64,000 bases of DNA from Thermoplasmata archaeon (GTDB lineage: Archaea; Thermoplasmatota; Thermoplasmata; Lutacidiplasmatales; UBA184): contig JBKQPJ010000015.1 of NCBI GenBank assembly GCA_052326305.1, positions 35,208-99,207 on the forward strand, written 5' to 3'. Both the position numbers and the translations under genes were made by a program. The notes under the pieces were generated by a model, which made no database searches, was not told the DNA's origin, and saw only the letters and a list, made by a program, of their open reading frames with translations. Positions 1-8,477 of the stretch are shown piece after piece (the stretch's first letter is position 1; each line of letters opens with the position of its first letter).

Positions 1-251
1 CCGATATCCGTCCCGGTCGACTCCTTCCATCGGGAGAAGATGTCGAGGCTCTGCTGACAGAGCCGGATCTTCGCCGGATCGGAGTGGGTCGCCCGCACGC
101 CCCCGATCGCGGCCTTGTTCTGCCCCTGCCCGGAGGACGGCCGCTCGTCGAGGACGAGGGTCCTAAGCCCCTCGCGCGCGAGGAAGTACGCCGTCGGGTT
201 GCCGACCGACCCCGCCCCGATGACGACGGCGTCAAACTCCGGACGCGCCAT
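1..251 (-). CDS. FAD-dependent oxidoreductase, DAO / sarcosine-oxidase-beta-like; only the 5' part is in the window
   Basis: Minus-strand translation from the ATG at 251 gives MARPEFDAVVIGAGSVGNPTAYFLAREGLRTLVLDERPSSGQGQNKAAIGG..., a Rossmann GxGxxG start typical of the DAO family. It overlaps the stop of the upstream alpha-type gene by about 20 bp. It is absent from the ORF track because it runs off the window edge. Confidence 0.6.
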   Translation of the reverse strand, partial: MARPEFDAVVIGAGSVGNPTAYFLAREGLRTLVLDERPSSGQGQNKAAIGGVRATHSDPAKIRLCQQSLDIFSRWKESTGTDI

Positions 252-2325
252 CGTCCACCGCCAGGAACGCCGCGATCGGGACCTCCTGGGTGAACGGGCG
301 GTGCACGGGCGGGGTCACCGTCCGGGCGTCCACCCCGAGCTCCCGGAAGACCCGCAGGATCAGCTCTTCGCAGGTCTTCCCACCGCACGGTCCCATTCCG
401 CTGCGGAGCCCCGCCTTCACGGCGTTCAGGTCCCGCGTCCCGGTCGTTTGAATGTAGTCGACGATCGTCTCCCGGGTGACGCGCTCGCACCGACAGATGA
501 CGGTCTCGGGCGGGATCGTCCCCGGGGCCTCGACGGAACGGACCAGCGGCTCCGGCTCGCGCATCCGGACGCCGGCCACGCGGTCCGCTTCCCCCACGGG
601 AACCTCGAGGACCATCATCCGGCGCTTGTGGAGGGCCTTCCCCGAGAGGATCCGGATCACCTTCCCGAAGCCGACCGGCTCCCCCTCGAAACCGGTGGTC
701 GGGACCGTCTGGCCGGCTTCGACCAGCCCCTCGGGCATCTCCCAGGGGATCGTCACCTTCGCCTGACCCGCCGTGCGGTCGTACCGGCGGTCGACCATGC
801 TGATCGCGAGGCCGGGGCAGATCGCGACGCACTTCAGGCAGCCCACGCAGTCCCCCACGAGCTTCGGGCGCCCGAGGATGTTCCCCTCCGGGATGACGAT
901 GCTATCCTCGGGGCAGACGGTCGTGCAGGGGTTGCAGGGGATCTCCTGGGCGCAGCGGATCACCGGGTAGACCTTCATCTCCGAGGGCACGGGATACGTT
1001 CCGAGCACCGGTCCCGGATGCGAGGCGAGCAGCGTGCCCATGGTGCGCCAGGCCTCCGGAATATCGGCCGGGAGGCCGAGGTCCTGTAGGATCGTGCGCG
1101 CCACGATCTTCCCGGAGAAGATCGCCGCCGACGCTTCCGCGATCTCGTGCGTGTCCCCCGCCGCGTAGGCCCGCAGGCCGAGCCGCTGAGCCTCCTCGAA
1201 CAGCTCCTTCACGGGAGAGAGTCCCACCGCGACGAGCACGGTATCGACCTCGAAGACGACCTCCGTGCCCGCGATCGGATGGAACTTCTCGTCGACGCGG
1301 GCGGCGATCACCCGTTCCACCTGGTCCCTTCCCTCGGCGCGCAGCACCGTGCACGAGGTGTACACGGGCACGCCCAGGCGGAGGATCTTGTCCCGATGCA
1401 CCCTGTATCCCCCGACCTGGGGCAGGATCTCCACCAGCGCGACGACGTCGATCCCCGCCTGTAGCGCCTGGTAGGCGACGATGAGGCCGACGTTCCCCCC
1501 TCCGATGATGAGCAGTCGCCGGGACGGCCGGATCAGGTCCCGGTTGACGAGCGTCTGGAAGGCGCCCCCGCCGTAGACCCCGGGGAGGTCCGCGCCCGGG
1601 AACGCCAGCGCCTTCTCGCGGGCGCCGGCCGCCACCAGGAGCGCCTTCGGCTTGACCACGGTGAAGCGGCCTTGCTTCACGACGCCGACCACGCCGTCCT
1701 GGAAGACGCCGACGACCGGCGAGTCGGTCCACACATCGACCTGGGGCTGGGCCCGGACCTGCTCCTCGAGCAACTGTCCGATCGCCGTGCCCCGGTGGCC
1801 AGCGTAGCAGTCCTCGACCGATCCGAAGAAGTTGTGCGTCTGCAGGCTCAGCTTGCCGCCGAGCGACGGCTTGTCGTCGCACAGGGTGACCGCGACGCCG
1901 TGCGAGGCCAGTTCGACGGCCGCGGTCAGGCCGGCCGGTCCGCCCCCGACGATCAGGACGTCGGTCTCGACCTGCCGGATCCGGGGGATCGCGTCGATCG
2001 GGACGTCGTCCGCTTCGAGCTCGGGATCCCCGGCGAGGGAGACGACGCGCATGCCGGGCCGGACCGGGGTGATGCAGGCCTTGACGGCGCGGCCGTCGGC
2101 GACGACGAGGCACTGGGAGCACTGTCCGTTGGCACAGAAGATCCCCTGCGGCGCGCCGTCCCGGGCGTGGCGACCGATGACGCGGATCCCGTTCGCGAAG
2201 AGCGCCGAGGAGATCACCTCGGACCTGCGCGCCGGCAGGACCTGCCCGTCGAAGGTGAACTCCACCATCTCGGGGTGGGGGGGAACCTCCAGGATCGGAT
2301 GTTGAACGAGCCGGTCCGACGCCAT
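232..2325 (-). CDS. FAD/NAD(P) oxidoreductase alpha-type subunit with N-terminal 2Fe-2S, 4Fe-4S dicluster and BFD-like 2Fe-2S domains (sarcosine oxidase alpha / HcnB / OoxA-like; proline/opine-type dehydrogenase complex)
   Basis: ORF 232..2379. Motifs seen: CANGQCSQC (2Fe-2S), VLIVGGGPAGL and LLIIGGGNVGL (two Rossmann folds), CNPCTTVCP...CVGCLKCVAICP (ferredoxin), ICRCERVT...GPCGGKTC (BFD-like). Start is probably MASDRL at 2325, with a TTTAAA box at 2358-2363. Alternative starts are 2379 and 2268 (MVEFTFDG). Confidence 0.8.
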   Translation of the reverse strand: MASDRLVQHPILEVPPHPEMVEFTFDGQVLPARRSEVISSALFANGIRVIGRHARDGAPQGIFCANGQCSQCLVVADGRAVKACITPVRPGMRVVSLAGDPELEADDVPIDAIPRIRQVETDVLIVGGGPAGLTAAVELASHGVAVTLCDDKPSLGGKLSLQTHNFFGSVEDCYAGHRGTAIGQLLEEQVRAQPQVDVWTDSPVVGVFQDGVVGVVKQGRFTVVKPKALLVAAGAREKALAFPGADLPGVYGGGAFQTLVNRDLIRPSRRLLIIGGGNVGLIVAYQALQAGIDVVALVEILPQVGGYRVHRDKILRLGVPVYTSCTVLRAEGRDQVERVIAARVDEKFHPIAGTEVVFEVDTVLVAVGLSPVKELFEEAQRLGLRAYAAGDTHEIAEASAAIFSGKIVARTILQDLGLPADIPEAWRTMGTLLASHPGPVLGTYPVPSEMKVYPVIRCAQEIPCNPCTTVCPEDSIVIPEGNILGRPKLVGDCVGCLKCVAICPGLAISMVDRRYDRTAGQAKVTIPWEMPEGLVEAGQTVPTTGFEGEPVGFGKVIRILSGKALHKRRMMVLEVPVGEADRVAGVRMREPEPLVRSVEAPGTIPPETVICRCERVTRETIVDYIQTTGTRDLNAVKAGLRSGMGPCGGKTCEELILRVFRELGVDARTVTPPVHRPFTQEVPIAAFLAVDDGASGV

Positions 2326-2426
2326 CGCGGCCCTCTGCGTGGGTTTCAGGCGGAGCGGGCGTCTTAAATGCCGTATCAAGGCGACTTGACGGTAGCGTTA
2401 CCCTCGCACCGGCGCTGGCGCCGACC

Positions 2427-4046
2427 ATGAGCTGGAATATCGAGCGCCCGGTCAACGACGTCAACACCATCCGTGCCTACGCGACCGGTTCCGCCGACCG
2501 TCGGAAGCTCGAGGAGGAGCTCTCCGCCATGCGCCGGGCCAGCGTGGAAGTCCCGCTCGTCATCGGCGGCAAGGAGCTCCGCACGGGTACCGTCCTCGAG
2601 GTCCCGTGTCCCGACGACCACGGGGTGGTCCTCGCCCGGGCCCACCTCGCGGGGCCGGACGAGCTGCGTCGGGCGGCCGAGAGCGCGCTGGCCGCGCACG
2701 ACGCCTGGGCCCGGATGAACTGGTATCATCGGGCCGCGGTCTTCGTGAAGGCGGCGACGCTGCTCGCGGGCCCGCGTCGGACCCGGAACATCGCGGCGAT
2801 CATGCTCAATCACTCGAAGAACCCGTACGAGGCGGAGATCGATCTCGCCGAGCTCGTGGACTTCTGGAACTTCAACGCCTACTTCGCCCGGCAGATCTAC
2901 GAGATCCAGCCGAACCAGTACCCGGGGGAGACCAACCGGTTCGACTGGCGCCCGCTCGAGGGGTTCGTCCTCGCCATCCCGCCGTTCAACTTCTACTCGA
3001 TCGCGGGCAACCTGCCGACGGCGCCCGCCCTGGTCGGGAACGTGGCCCTGTGGAAGCCGGCGCGCTCGGTGATCCTGTCGAACTACGAGATCTTCAAGGT
3101 CCTCGTCGAGGCGGGTCTGCCGGCCGGGGTCATCAACTTCGTACCGTTCTCGAGCAAGGACGCGAACGTCCTCCTCGACCATCCCGACCTCGCCGGCATC
3201 CACTTCACCGGGAGCTACGACACCCTCGTGCACGTCTGGAAGCGGGTCGGGGCGAACCTCGAGAAGTACCGCAACTTCCCCCGGATCGTGGGGGAGACCG
3301 GCGGCAAGGACTTCATCTTCATGCACCCGTCGGCCGATGTCCGGGGCACCGCGATCAACCTCCTGCGCGGGGCGTTCGAGTACCAGGGCCAGAAGTGCTC
3401 GGCCTGCTCCCGCGCCTACATTCCCGCGAGCCGGTGGCCGGAAGTGGAGCGGATCCTGCGCGAGGAGGTCCCGAAGATCCCGGCCGGCCCGGTGCACGAC
3501 CTCGGCAACCTGATGGGCGCGGTGATTGACGAAGCGGCGTTCACCAGCATCCAGCGCTACCTCGACTTCGCCCACGCGCATTCCCAGGACTACGCGTTCG
3601 TCGTCGACGGCGGGACCGACCGCTCGAAGGGCTGGTTCGTACGCCCCACCGTGATCCGGTCGATGGACCCGCGCGGGAAGCTGATGTCCGAGGAGATCTT
3701 CGGACCGGTGCTGACGCTCTACGTCTACCCCGACGAGAAGTTCGAGGAGACCCTCACGCTCTGCGATACCACCTCCCCCTACGCCCTGACGGGCGCCGTC
3801 TTCGCCCGGGACACCGGGGCGGTGGCCCGGGCCGAGGAGGCGTTGCGCTGGAGCGCGGGGAACTTCTACATCAACGACAAGCCGACCGGGGCGATCGTCG
3901 CGCGCCAGCCGTTCGGAGGAGCCCGACGCTCGGGCACCAACGACAAGGCCGGCTCGATCCTCAACCTCTTGCGCTGGGTGACCCCGCGGAACATCAAGGA
4001 GACCGCGGTGCTGCCGGACGACTGGCGTCGCCCGTTCATGAGCTGA
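2427..4046 (+). CDS. 1-pyrroline-5-carboxylate (L-glutamate gamma-semialdehyde) dehydrogenase, aldehyde dehydrogenase family
   Basis: 539 aa ORF with an ATG start. The translation has the typical P5CDH/ALDH layout (…FTGSYDTLVHVW…GETGGKDF…EYQGQKCSACSRAYI…) with a catalytic Cys. It is divergent from the oxidase alpha gene. Confidence 0.9.
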   Translation: MSWNIERPVNDVNTIRAYATGSADRRKLEEELSAMRRASVEVPLVIGGKELRTGTVLEVPCPDDHGVVLARAHLAGPDELRRAAESALAAHDAWARMNWYHRAAVFVKAATLLAGPRRTRNIAAIMLNHSKNPYEAEIDLAELVDFWNFNAYFARQIYEIQPNQYPGETNRFDWRPLEGFVLAIPPFNFYSIAGNLPTAPALVGNVALWKPARSVILSNYEIFKVLVEAGLPAGVINFVPFSSKDANVLLDHPDLAGIHFTGSYDTLVHVWKRVGANLEKYRNFPRIVGETGGKDFIFMHPSADVRGTAINLLRGAFEYQGQKCSACSRAYIPASRWPEVERILREEVPKIPAGPVHDLGNLMGAVIDEAAFTSIQRYLDFAHAHSQDYAFVVDGGTDRSKGWFVRPTVIRSMDPRGKLMSEEIFGPVLTLYVYPDEKFEETLTLCDTTSPYALTGAVFARDTGAVARAEEALRWSAGNFYINDKPTGAIVARQPFGGARRSGTNDKAGSILNLLRWVTPRNIKETAVLPDDWRRPFMS

Positions 4047-4429
4047 TGGCGCGCCCCGCCGGGCGAGCGGGCCCGCGCCCCCGGGTCCGCCCGGCCGCCG
4101 TCGGGACCAACGTAAATAGCCGACGGCCGTCCGACCGCGCGATGCCACCCGCGGGCCGCCGCTCCTCTCGGCCGGAGCACCGGCCACCGCCCCGTCCCGT
4201 CGTGCAGGTCCCCGTGCGGCCCGCGGGGGTCGACCTCGGAGAGGAGCCGCACGCGCACATCGTCTGCCGCGTCTGCGGACGCATCCAGGGCCTCGAGCTG
4301 AACGAGCTCGACCGCCACCTCCTGACCGAGCTCGCGGCGCTCCACCCCGACGGTTGGAGCGTCGATCGGATCGCCTTCTCGCTCACCGGCGCGTGCCGCC
4401 GGTGCCGCGAGGGTCCCCCCGTCCGCTGA
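4046..4429 (+). CDS. Fur-family-like C-terminal metal-binding domain protein; the N-terminal DNA-binding domain appears to be missing (possible remnant)
   Basis: The C-terminal HAHIVCRVCGRI...TGACRRC pattern resembles the Fur/PerR dimerisation and metal-binding domain. The N-terminal 60 aa are Arg/Pro-rich low complexity. There is no room for a winged helix between the P5CDH stop and this motif. Confidence 0.25.
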   Translation: MARPAGRAGPRPRVRPAAVGTNVNSRRPSDRAMPPAGRRSSRPEHRPPPRPVVQVPVRPAGVDLGEEPHAHIVCRVCGRIQGLELNELDRHLLTELAALHPDGWSVDRIAFSLTGACRRCREGPPVR

Positions 4430-4442
4430 GATCCGACCCGGG

Positions 4443-5609
4443 ATGACCGCGTACTTCACCGGTCCGGCCGTCGCCTGGGGCCCCGGCGCGGTCGAGCAGC
4501 TGAGCGGGCTCGGCCTCCGCCGGGCGTTCGTCCTCGTCGACCCGGCGGTCGCTCGCGTCGACGGCGCCCGCCGCGTGCTCGAGGAGCTCGAGAAGATCGG
4601 CGCCGCCGTCGAGACCTCCACCGACGCCGTCGATCCGGACCACGTGCCGTCCCTGAACCTCCTGCGGGAGAGCGTGCGGCAGCTCGACCCCGACGGGATC
4701 GTGGCGGTCGGGGGCGGCCGGACGATCGACGCCGCGAAGGGCGTCCGGCTCGCCTTCGAATGTCCGGAGCTCTCGCTCGATGAAACCCCGGCGCTGCTTC
4801 CGCTCCCGGAGCGCCCGAGGTCGCAGCTGGTCGCCATCCCGACCACGAGCGGCAGCGGGGCGGAGGCGAGCTGGACCGCCGACCTCGTCAGGTCGGACGG
4901 GACGCTCCTCGAGATCTCCGACCGACGGCTCGTTCCCGACTGGGCGCTCGTCGACCCGACGTTCGCCTCGTCGACCCCTCCCTCCGAGATCGTTCCGCAA
5001 GCGCTCGAGGTCGCGGCCCTGGCCGCCGAGGCGTATCTGTCGGCCTGGTCGAACCCGTTCTCGGACGCGCTCGCCCTCGACGCCGTCGCGACCGTCGTCC
5101 GCCGGCTTCCGCACGCGGTCAAGTGGAGCGACGACCCGGACGCGCGCTCGGCGGTCCACTACGCGGCCACCGGCGCCGGCCTCGCCGCGTCGAACGCGCA
5201 GCGCGGGATCGCCCACGCCCTCGCGCGGGCCCTCGTCACCCCGACCGGGCTCGCCTACGCGACGCTCGTCGGGATCCTCCTTCCGTACGCCCTGGAGTTC
5301 GACCGGCCCGCCGCGCGCGACCGCGTCGAGATCCTCGCGCGGGCGGCGGCCTCCCCCGACGACCGGGCCGCGACCCCGCTCTCGGGCCGTCTCCGGAAGC
5401 TCTACGAGACCCTTCGGTTCCCGGCGAGCCTTCCCGCGGCCGGAGTTCCGGCCGAGCGACTCGCGAGCGCCCGGAAGGCCGTGATCGACGCCACGCTCCG
5501 GTCGCCGGCGATCCTCGCCAACCCCCGGGTCCCGAGCGCCGCGGACGTCGCGGCGCTGCTCGACGCGGTCTCGGGACAGGCCCCGGAACGCGGACCGACG
5601 ACGCCCTAG
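4443..5609 (+). CDS. Iron-containing alcohol dehydrogenase family protein
   Basis: 388 aa. It has the GGGRTIDAAKG (GGGSxxD) motif and the overall Fe-ADH layout. Confidence 0.85.
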   Translation: MTAYFTGPAVAWGPGAVEQLSGLGLRRAFVLVDPAVARVDGARRVLEELEKIGAAVETSTDAVDPDHVPSLNLLRESVRQLDPDGIVAVGGGRTIDAAKGVRLAFECPELSLDETPALLPLPERPRSQLVAIPTTSGSGAEASWTADLVRSDGTLLEISDRRLVPDWALVDPTFASSTPPSEIVPQALEVAALAAEAYLSAWSNPFSDALALDAVATVVRRLPHAVKWSDDPDARSAVHYAATGAGLAASNAQRGIAHALARALVTPTGLAYATLVGILLPYALEFDRPAARDRVEILARAAASPDDRAATPLSGRLRKLYETLRFPASLPAAGVPAERLASARKAVIDATLRSPAILANPRVPSAADVAALLDAVSGQAPERGPTTP

Positions 5610-6685
5610 GCCGCGGGACCCGCGGCGCCCCGACCGGTCCCCGACGGCGCCTCCGTCGGCCGGACGGGCGACTCGACGGCGCGGTTGATCGCGATCTCGG
5701 CGAGGTCGCTGGCATAGAACGCGGCCCGCTCGAGGCTCTCGAGCACGTAGGCGAGCCCCACGGCGAGCCGGCCGCGCTTCGACGTGATCTCGTGCAGGAT
5801 CTGGCCGCGCTCTTTCGCCAGCTGCTCCGCCGCGTCGATCACGGCGTTCGCCTTCTCGATGTTCCGGCTGTCGAGGCTCTCGAGGGCATCGACGAGGCCG
5901 CTCGCGGCGCGGGCGGCCATCCGCTCGAGCGACTCGACGATCCGCGGCGGCAGCGTCTCCTTCCCGATGATCTCGACCGTCTCGGCGATGCGGACCGCGT
6001 GGTCCGCGATCCGCTCGAGGACGCGGGAGGCGAGCATGTACGTCGAGCACTCGGGCAGCGTCAGGTCGAGCGTGGCCAGCATCCGGGCATCCCGGAGCGC
6101 GCTGATCACCTGCTTCTCGAGGAACCAGTGGAGCCGGTCGACCTCCCAGTCCCGCTCGATCACGTCGCGCGCGATCGACGCGTCGCCGTCGCGCAGCGCG
6201 GTCATCGCATCGGCCTGCATCGCGCGGACCATCTGGTGCATCCGGCGCACGATCGACGGGATCGGCAGCGGGTTCGCGCCCACGACGTCCTGCAGGACCA
6301 CCGACTCGGCGGTCTCCTCCAGGATCTCAGGGCCGATCATCCGCTGGGCGAAGCTCCGCACCACTTCCCGGGTGCGCGCGTTCATCCGCGCCGGCGTCCG
6401 CACCTCGAGGAGCGGGTGCCCGGCGATGTACTCCGCGATCAGGCGCCGGAAGAGGTGCTCCCGGTCCATGTCGTTGGTGACCTCGACCACGCGGCGCTCC
6501 CCTTCGGGAGCGCTCGACGCCTCGGGGAAGACGGTCAGCGACCCGTCGGCGCGCGGGGTGAAGAAGAGGATGTCCCCGGGGCCGAGCCCCCGGGTGACGA
6601 CCCAGTTCTTCGGCAGGGAGATGATGTAGGTCGAGCCCCCGGTCTTCTGGATCCGACGCCCGTGGAATCCCCCGCTCGTTCGCAT
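5606..6685 (-). CDS. Phosphate-uptake regulator-like protein: N-terminal AbrB/SpoVT swapped-hairpin domain plus PhoU domains
   Basis: From the ORF 5606..6814, the internal ATG at 6685 gives MRTSGGFHGRRIQKTGGSTYIISLPKNWV... (AbrB-like) followed by PhoU-like helical repeats. The palindromic TATA CTATATAG at 6715-6722 lies about 30 bp upstream. Confidence 0.8.
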   Translation of the reverse strand: MRTSGGFHGRRIQKTGGSTYIISLPKNWVVTRGLGPGDILFFTPRADGSLTVFPEASSAPEGERRVVEVTNDMDREHLFRRLIAEYIAGHPLLEVRTPARMNARTREVVRSFAQRMIGPEILEETAESVVLQDVVGANPLPIPSIVRRMHQMVRAMQADAMTALRDGDASIARDVIERDWEVDRLHWFLEKQVISALRDARMLATLDLTLPECSTYMLASRVLERIADHAVRIAETVEIIGKETLPPRIVESLERMAARAASGLVDALESLDSRNIEKANAVIDAAEQLAKERGQILHEITSKRGRLAVGLAYVLESLERAAFYASDLAEIAINRAVESPVRPTEAPSGTGRGAAGPAA

Positions 6686-6714
6686 GGACCGGCCCCGGTC
6701 GGACCGAATGTACT

Positions 6715-6722
6715 CTATATAG
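6715..6722 (-). promoter_or_regulatory. TATA box for the PhoU-like gene
   Basis: ctatatag sits about 30 bp upstream of the ATG at 6685, inside a divergent intergenic region. Confidence 0.5.
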
Positions 6723-6774
6723 CTTGGGTCGCGCCGGCGGAGCGGCCGACCCGCCGCGCCGGCCGGGCCCGAGC

Positions 6775-6782
6775 GTAAATAC
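6775..6782 (+). promoter_or_regulatory. TATA box for oxidase alpha-like gene 2
   Basis: gtaaatac sits about 31-38 bp upstream of the ATG at 6813. Confidence 0.45.
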
Positions 6783-6812
6783 GTACGGCGGGGCTCCCGG
6801 ACCGAACGGACC

Positions 6813-8477
6813 ATGGTCTCGCCCGGCGTACGGCGGTTTCGTCACGTTGAGCGCGACCGGGAGGCGCTCGCCGGCGACACCCTGCTCGAGGCCCTGGCGC
6901 GGCAGGGCTTACCGAACCTCACCCGTTCGGTCCGATACCATCGCCCCCGCGGTCCGTTCTGCGGGACGGGCGACTGCACCGGCTGCCTCGCCCGGGTGAA
7001 CGGCCGCCCGAACGTGCGGGCGTGCCGCCACGTGGTGGCGGACGGCGACCTCGTTGACCGGGGGAACGCGTGGCCGACCCCGGGACTCGACTTCCTCGGG
7101 GCGGTCGACTTCCTCTTCCCGAGCGGGATCGACACGCTCCGCGGGTTTCGGCGGCCGACCTGGGCCCGCAACGTCTACCACTGGGTCAATCGTCGGCTCG
7201 CGGGATACGGGGCGGCCCCGGCACCCGGGGCGGCGGAGCCCCTCCGCGCGCCCCCTCGCACGTTCGACGTCGAGGCCGCGGTCGTCGGCGGGGGAGCCGC
7301 CGGGGCGGCCGCCGCGGCCCGGCTCGCGGGCCGCGGGCTCCGCCCGCTCCTCCTCGACCGTCGGAGCGACCTCCCCCCGGTACCCGGCGTCGAGATGCTG
7401 CTCCGCACCACCGTCACCTTCGTGCCGCCCCCCGATCCGGGCGCCGCCCGCCCGTTCACCGTCCTCGCCTTCGAAGAGCCCGGGCGGGGGGTCCGGGTCC
7501 GGTGCCGGGCGCTCGTCGTGGCGGCCGGGAGCTACGACGCCCAGCTCTTGTTCGGGGGCAACGACCGGCCCGGCATCGTCGCCGCGGATCTCGCGCTCCA
7601 GATGGCCCGGCCGGGTCGATCCTCGCCGCTTCGTCGGGCGGTCGTGGTCGGCGGAGGATCGCGGGCGGGCGAGGTCCTCGACCGGCTCGGCCGGACGGTC
7701 TGCGCGGTCGTTTCGCCGACCGACATCGGGCCGGAGGTCACCCGACGCGCCTCCGAACTCGGGGTCCCCCTCTATCCCCGGTCGCTCGTGCTCCACGCCG
7801 AGGGACGTTCGCGGGTCCGCTCGCTCCGGCTCCGGGGCCGCAGTCGCGGGCCCGGCTTCTCGATCGCGTGCGACTCGGTCGTCCTCGCCCACCGCCGCCT
7901 CCCCCTCGGCCAGTTGCTCTTCCAGGCCGGCGCCGCGCTCGCCTGGCGGCCGGATCCCGGGGCGTACTTCCCCCGCGTCACCGCCGGAGGAGCGACGACC
8001 GTTCCCGGACTCTTCGTCGCGGGCTCCGGCGCGGGGTTCGGCCGGGAGGAATCCGGGGCGAGCGGCGAGCGAGCGGCCGAGTCGCTCGTCGGCGGCGCGG
8101 CCCCGGCCCTTCCCTCGACGGACCCCCCGTCGTCGGAGGCCGGCCCCCTCGAGGGGTACTATCGGGAGCTGCTCCGCGAACCCCGGAGGGGCAAGTGGAT
8201 CGCCTGCGCCTGCGAGGATATCCTCCTCGAAGAGATCGAGAGCGCGGAGAAGCGGGGATACTCCGGCATCGAGGTCATCAAACGGTACACCGGGACCGGG
8301 AGCGGCCTCTGCCAGGGCCGGTACTGCCTGCCCGACGCGTTGCTGCTCCTCTCCATCCTCGAGGGTCGGCCTCCGCCCGAGGTCGGCTACATCACCCAGC
8401 GTCCCCCGGCGGTCCCGATGCCGCTGGCGGCCCTCGCCGCCCTCTCGGAAGGGTTCCCCGCCGAGGGGGCCGGATGA
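6813..8477 (+). CDS. FAD oxidoreductase alpha-type subunit 2 with N-terminal 2Fe-2S and C-terminal BFD-like 2Fe-2S (sarcosine oxidase alpha / HcnB-like)
   Basis: 554 aa. Motifs: CGTGDCTGCLARV (2Fe-2S); VVGGGAAGAAAAARLA and VVVGGGSRAGEV (dinucleotide binding); CACEDI...GLCQGRYC (BFD-like). Its stop overlaps the next start as ATGA. Confidence 0.8.
   Translation: MVSPGVRRFRHVERDREALAGDTLLEALARQGLPNLTRSVRYHRPRGPFCGTGDCTGCLARVNGRPNVRACRHVVADGDLVDRGNAWPTPGLDFLGAVDFLFPSGIDTLRGFRRPTWARNVYHWVNRRLAGYGAAPAPGAAEPLRAPPRTFDVEAAVVGGGAAGAAAAARLAGRGLRPLLLDRRSDLPPVPGVEMLLRTTVTFVPPPDPGAARPFTVLAFEEPGRGVRVRCRALVVAAGSYDAQLLFGGNDRPGIVAADLALQMARPGRSSPLRRAVVVGGGSRAGEVLDRLGRTVCAVVSPTDIGPEVTRRASELGVPLYPRSLVLHAEGRSRVRSLRLRGRSRGPGFSIACDSVVLAHRRLPLGQLLFQAGAALAWRPDPGAYFPRVTAGGATTVPGLFVAGSGAGFGREESGASGERAAESLVGGAAPALPSTDPPSSEAGPLEGYYRELLREPRRGKWIACACEDILLEEIESAEKRGYSGIEVIKRYTGTGSGLCQGRYCLPDALLLLSILEGRPPPEVGYITQRPPAVPMPLAALAALSEGFPAEGAG

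Noticed and set aside
2376-4187. 603 aa minus-strand ORF covering the whole P5CDH gene. Similar long ORFs occur at 902..2470, 4383..6050, 5123..6778, 7054..8958, 9707..11470, 13396..16815, 14231..17107, 17104..19641, 18474..20036, 22267..24276, 22278..24575, 40973..42973, 42700..44748, 45059..46441, 47209..48441, 48669..50546, 54240-side frames, 58534..60327 and 59257..60885.
   Set aside because: They are antisense or frame-shifted to genes with clear family signatures. Their products are Arg/Pro/Gly-rich low complexity, as expected from stop-codon depletion in roughly 70% GC DNA.
7070-8473. N-terminal 468 aa of the 855 aa ORF 7070..9637.
   Set aside because: Only the part from the ATG at 8474 matches a DAO-family protein. 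The upstream part is an alternate frame of the alpha-subunit gene.
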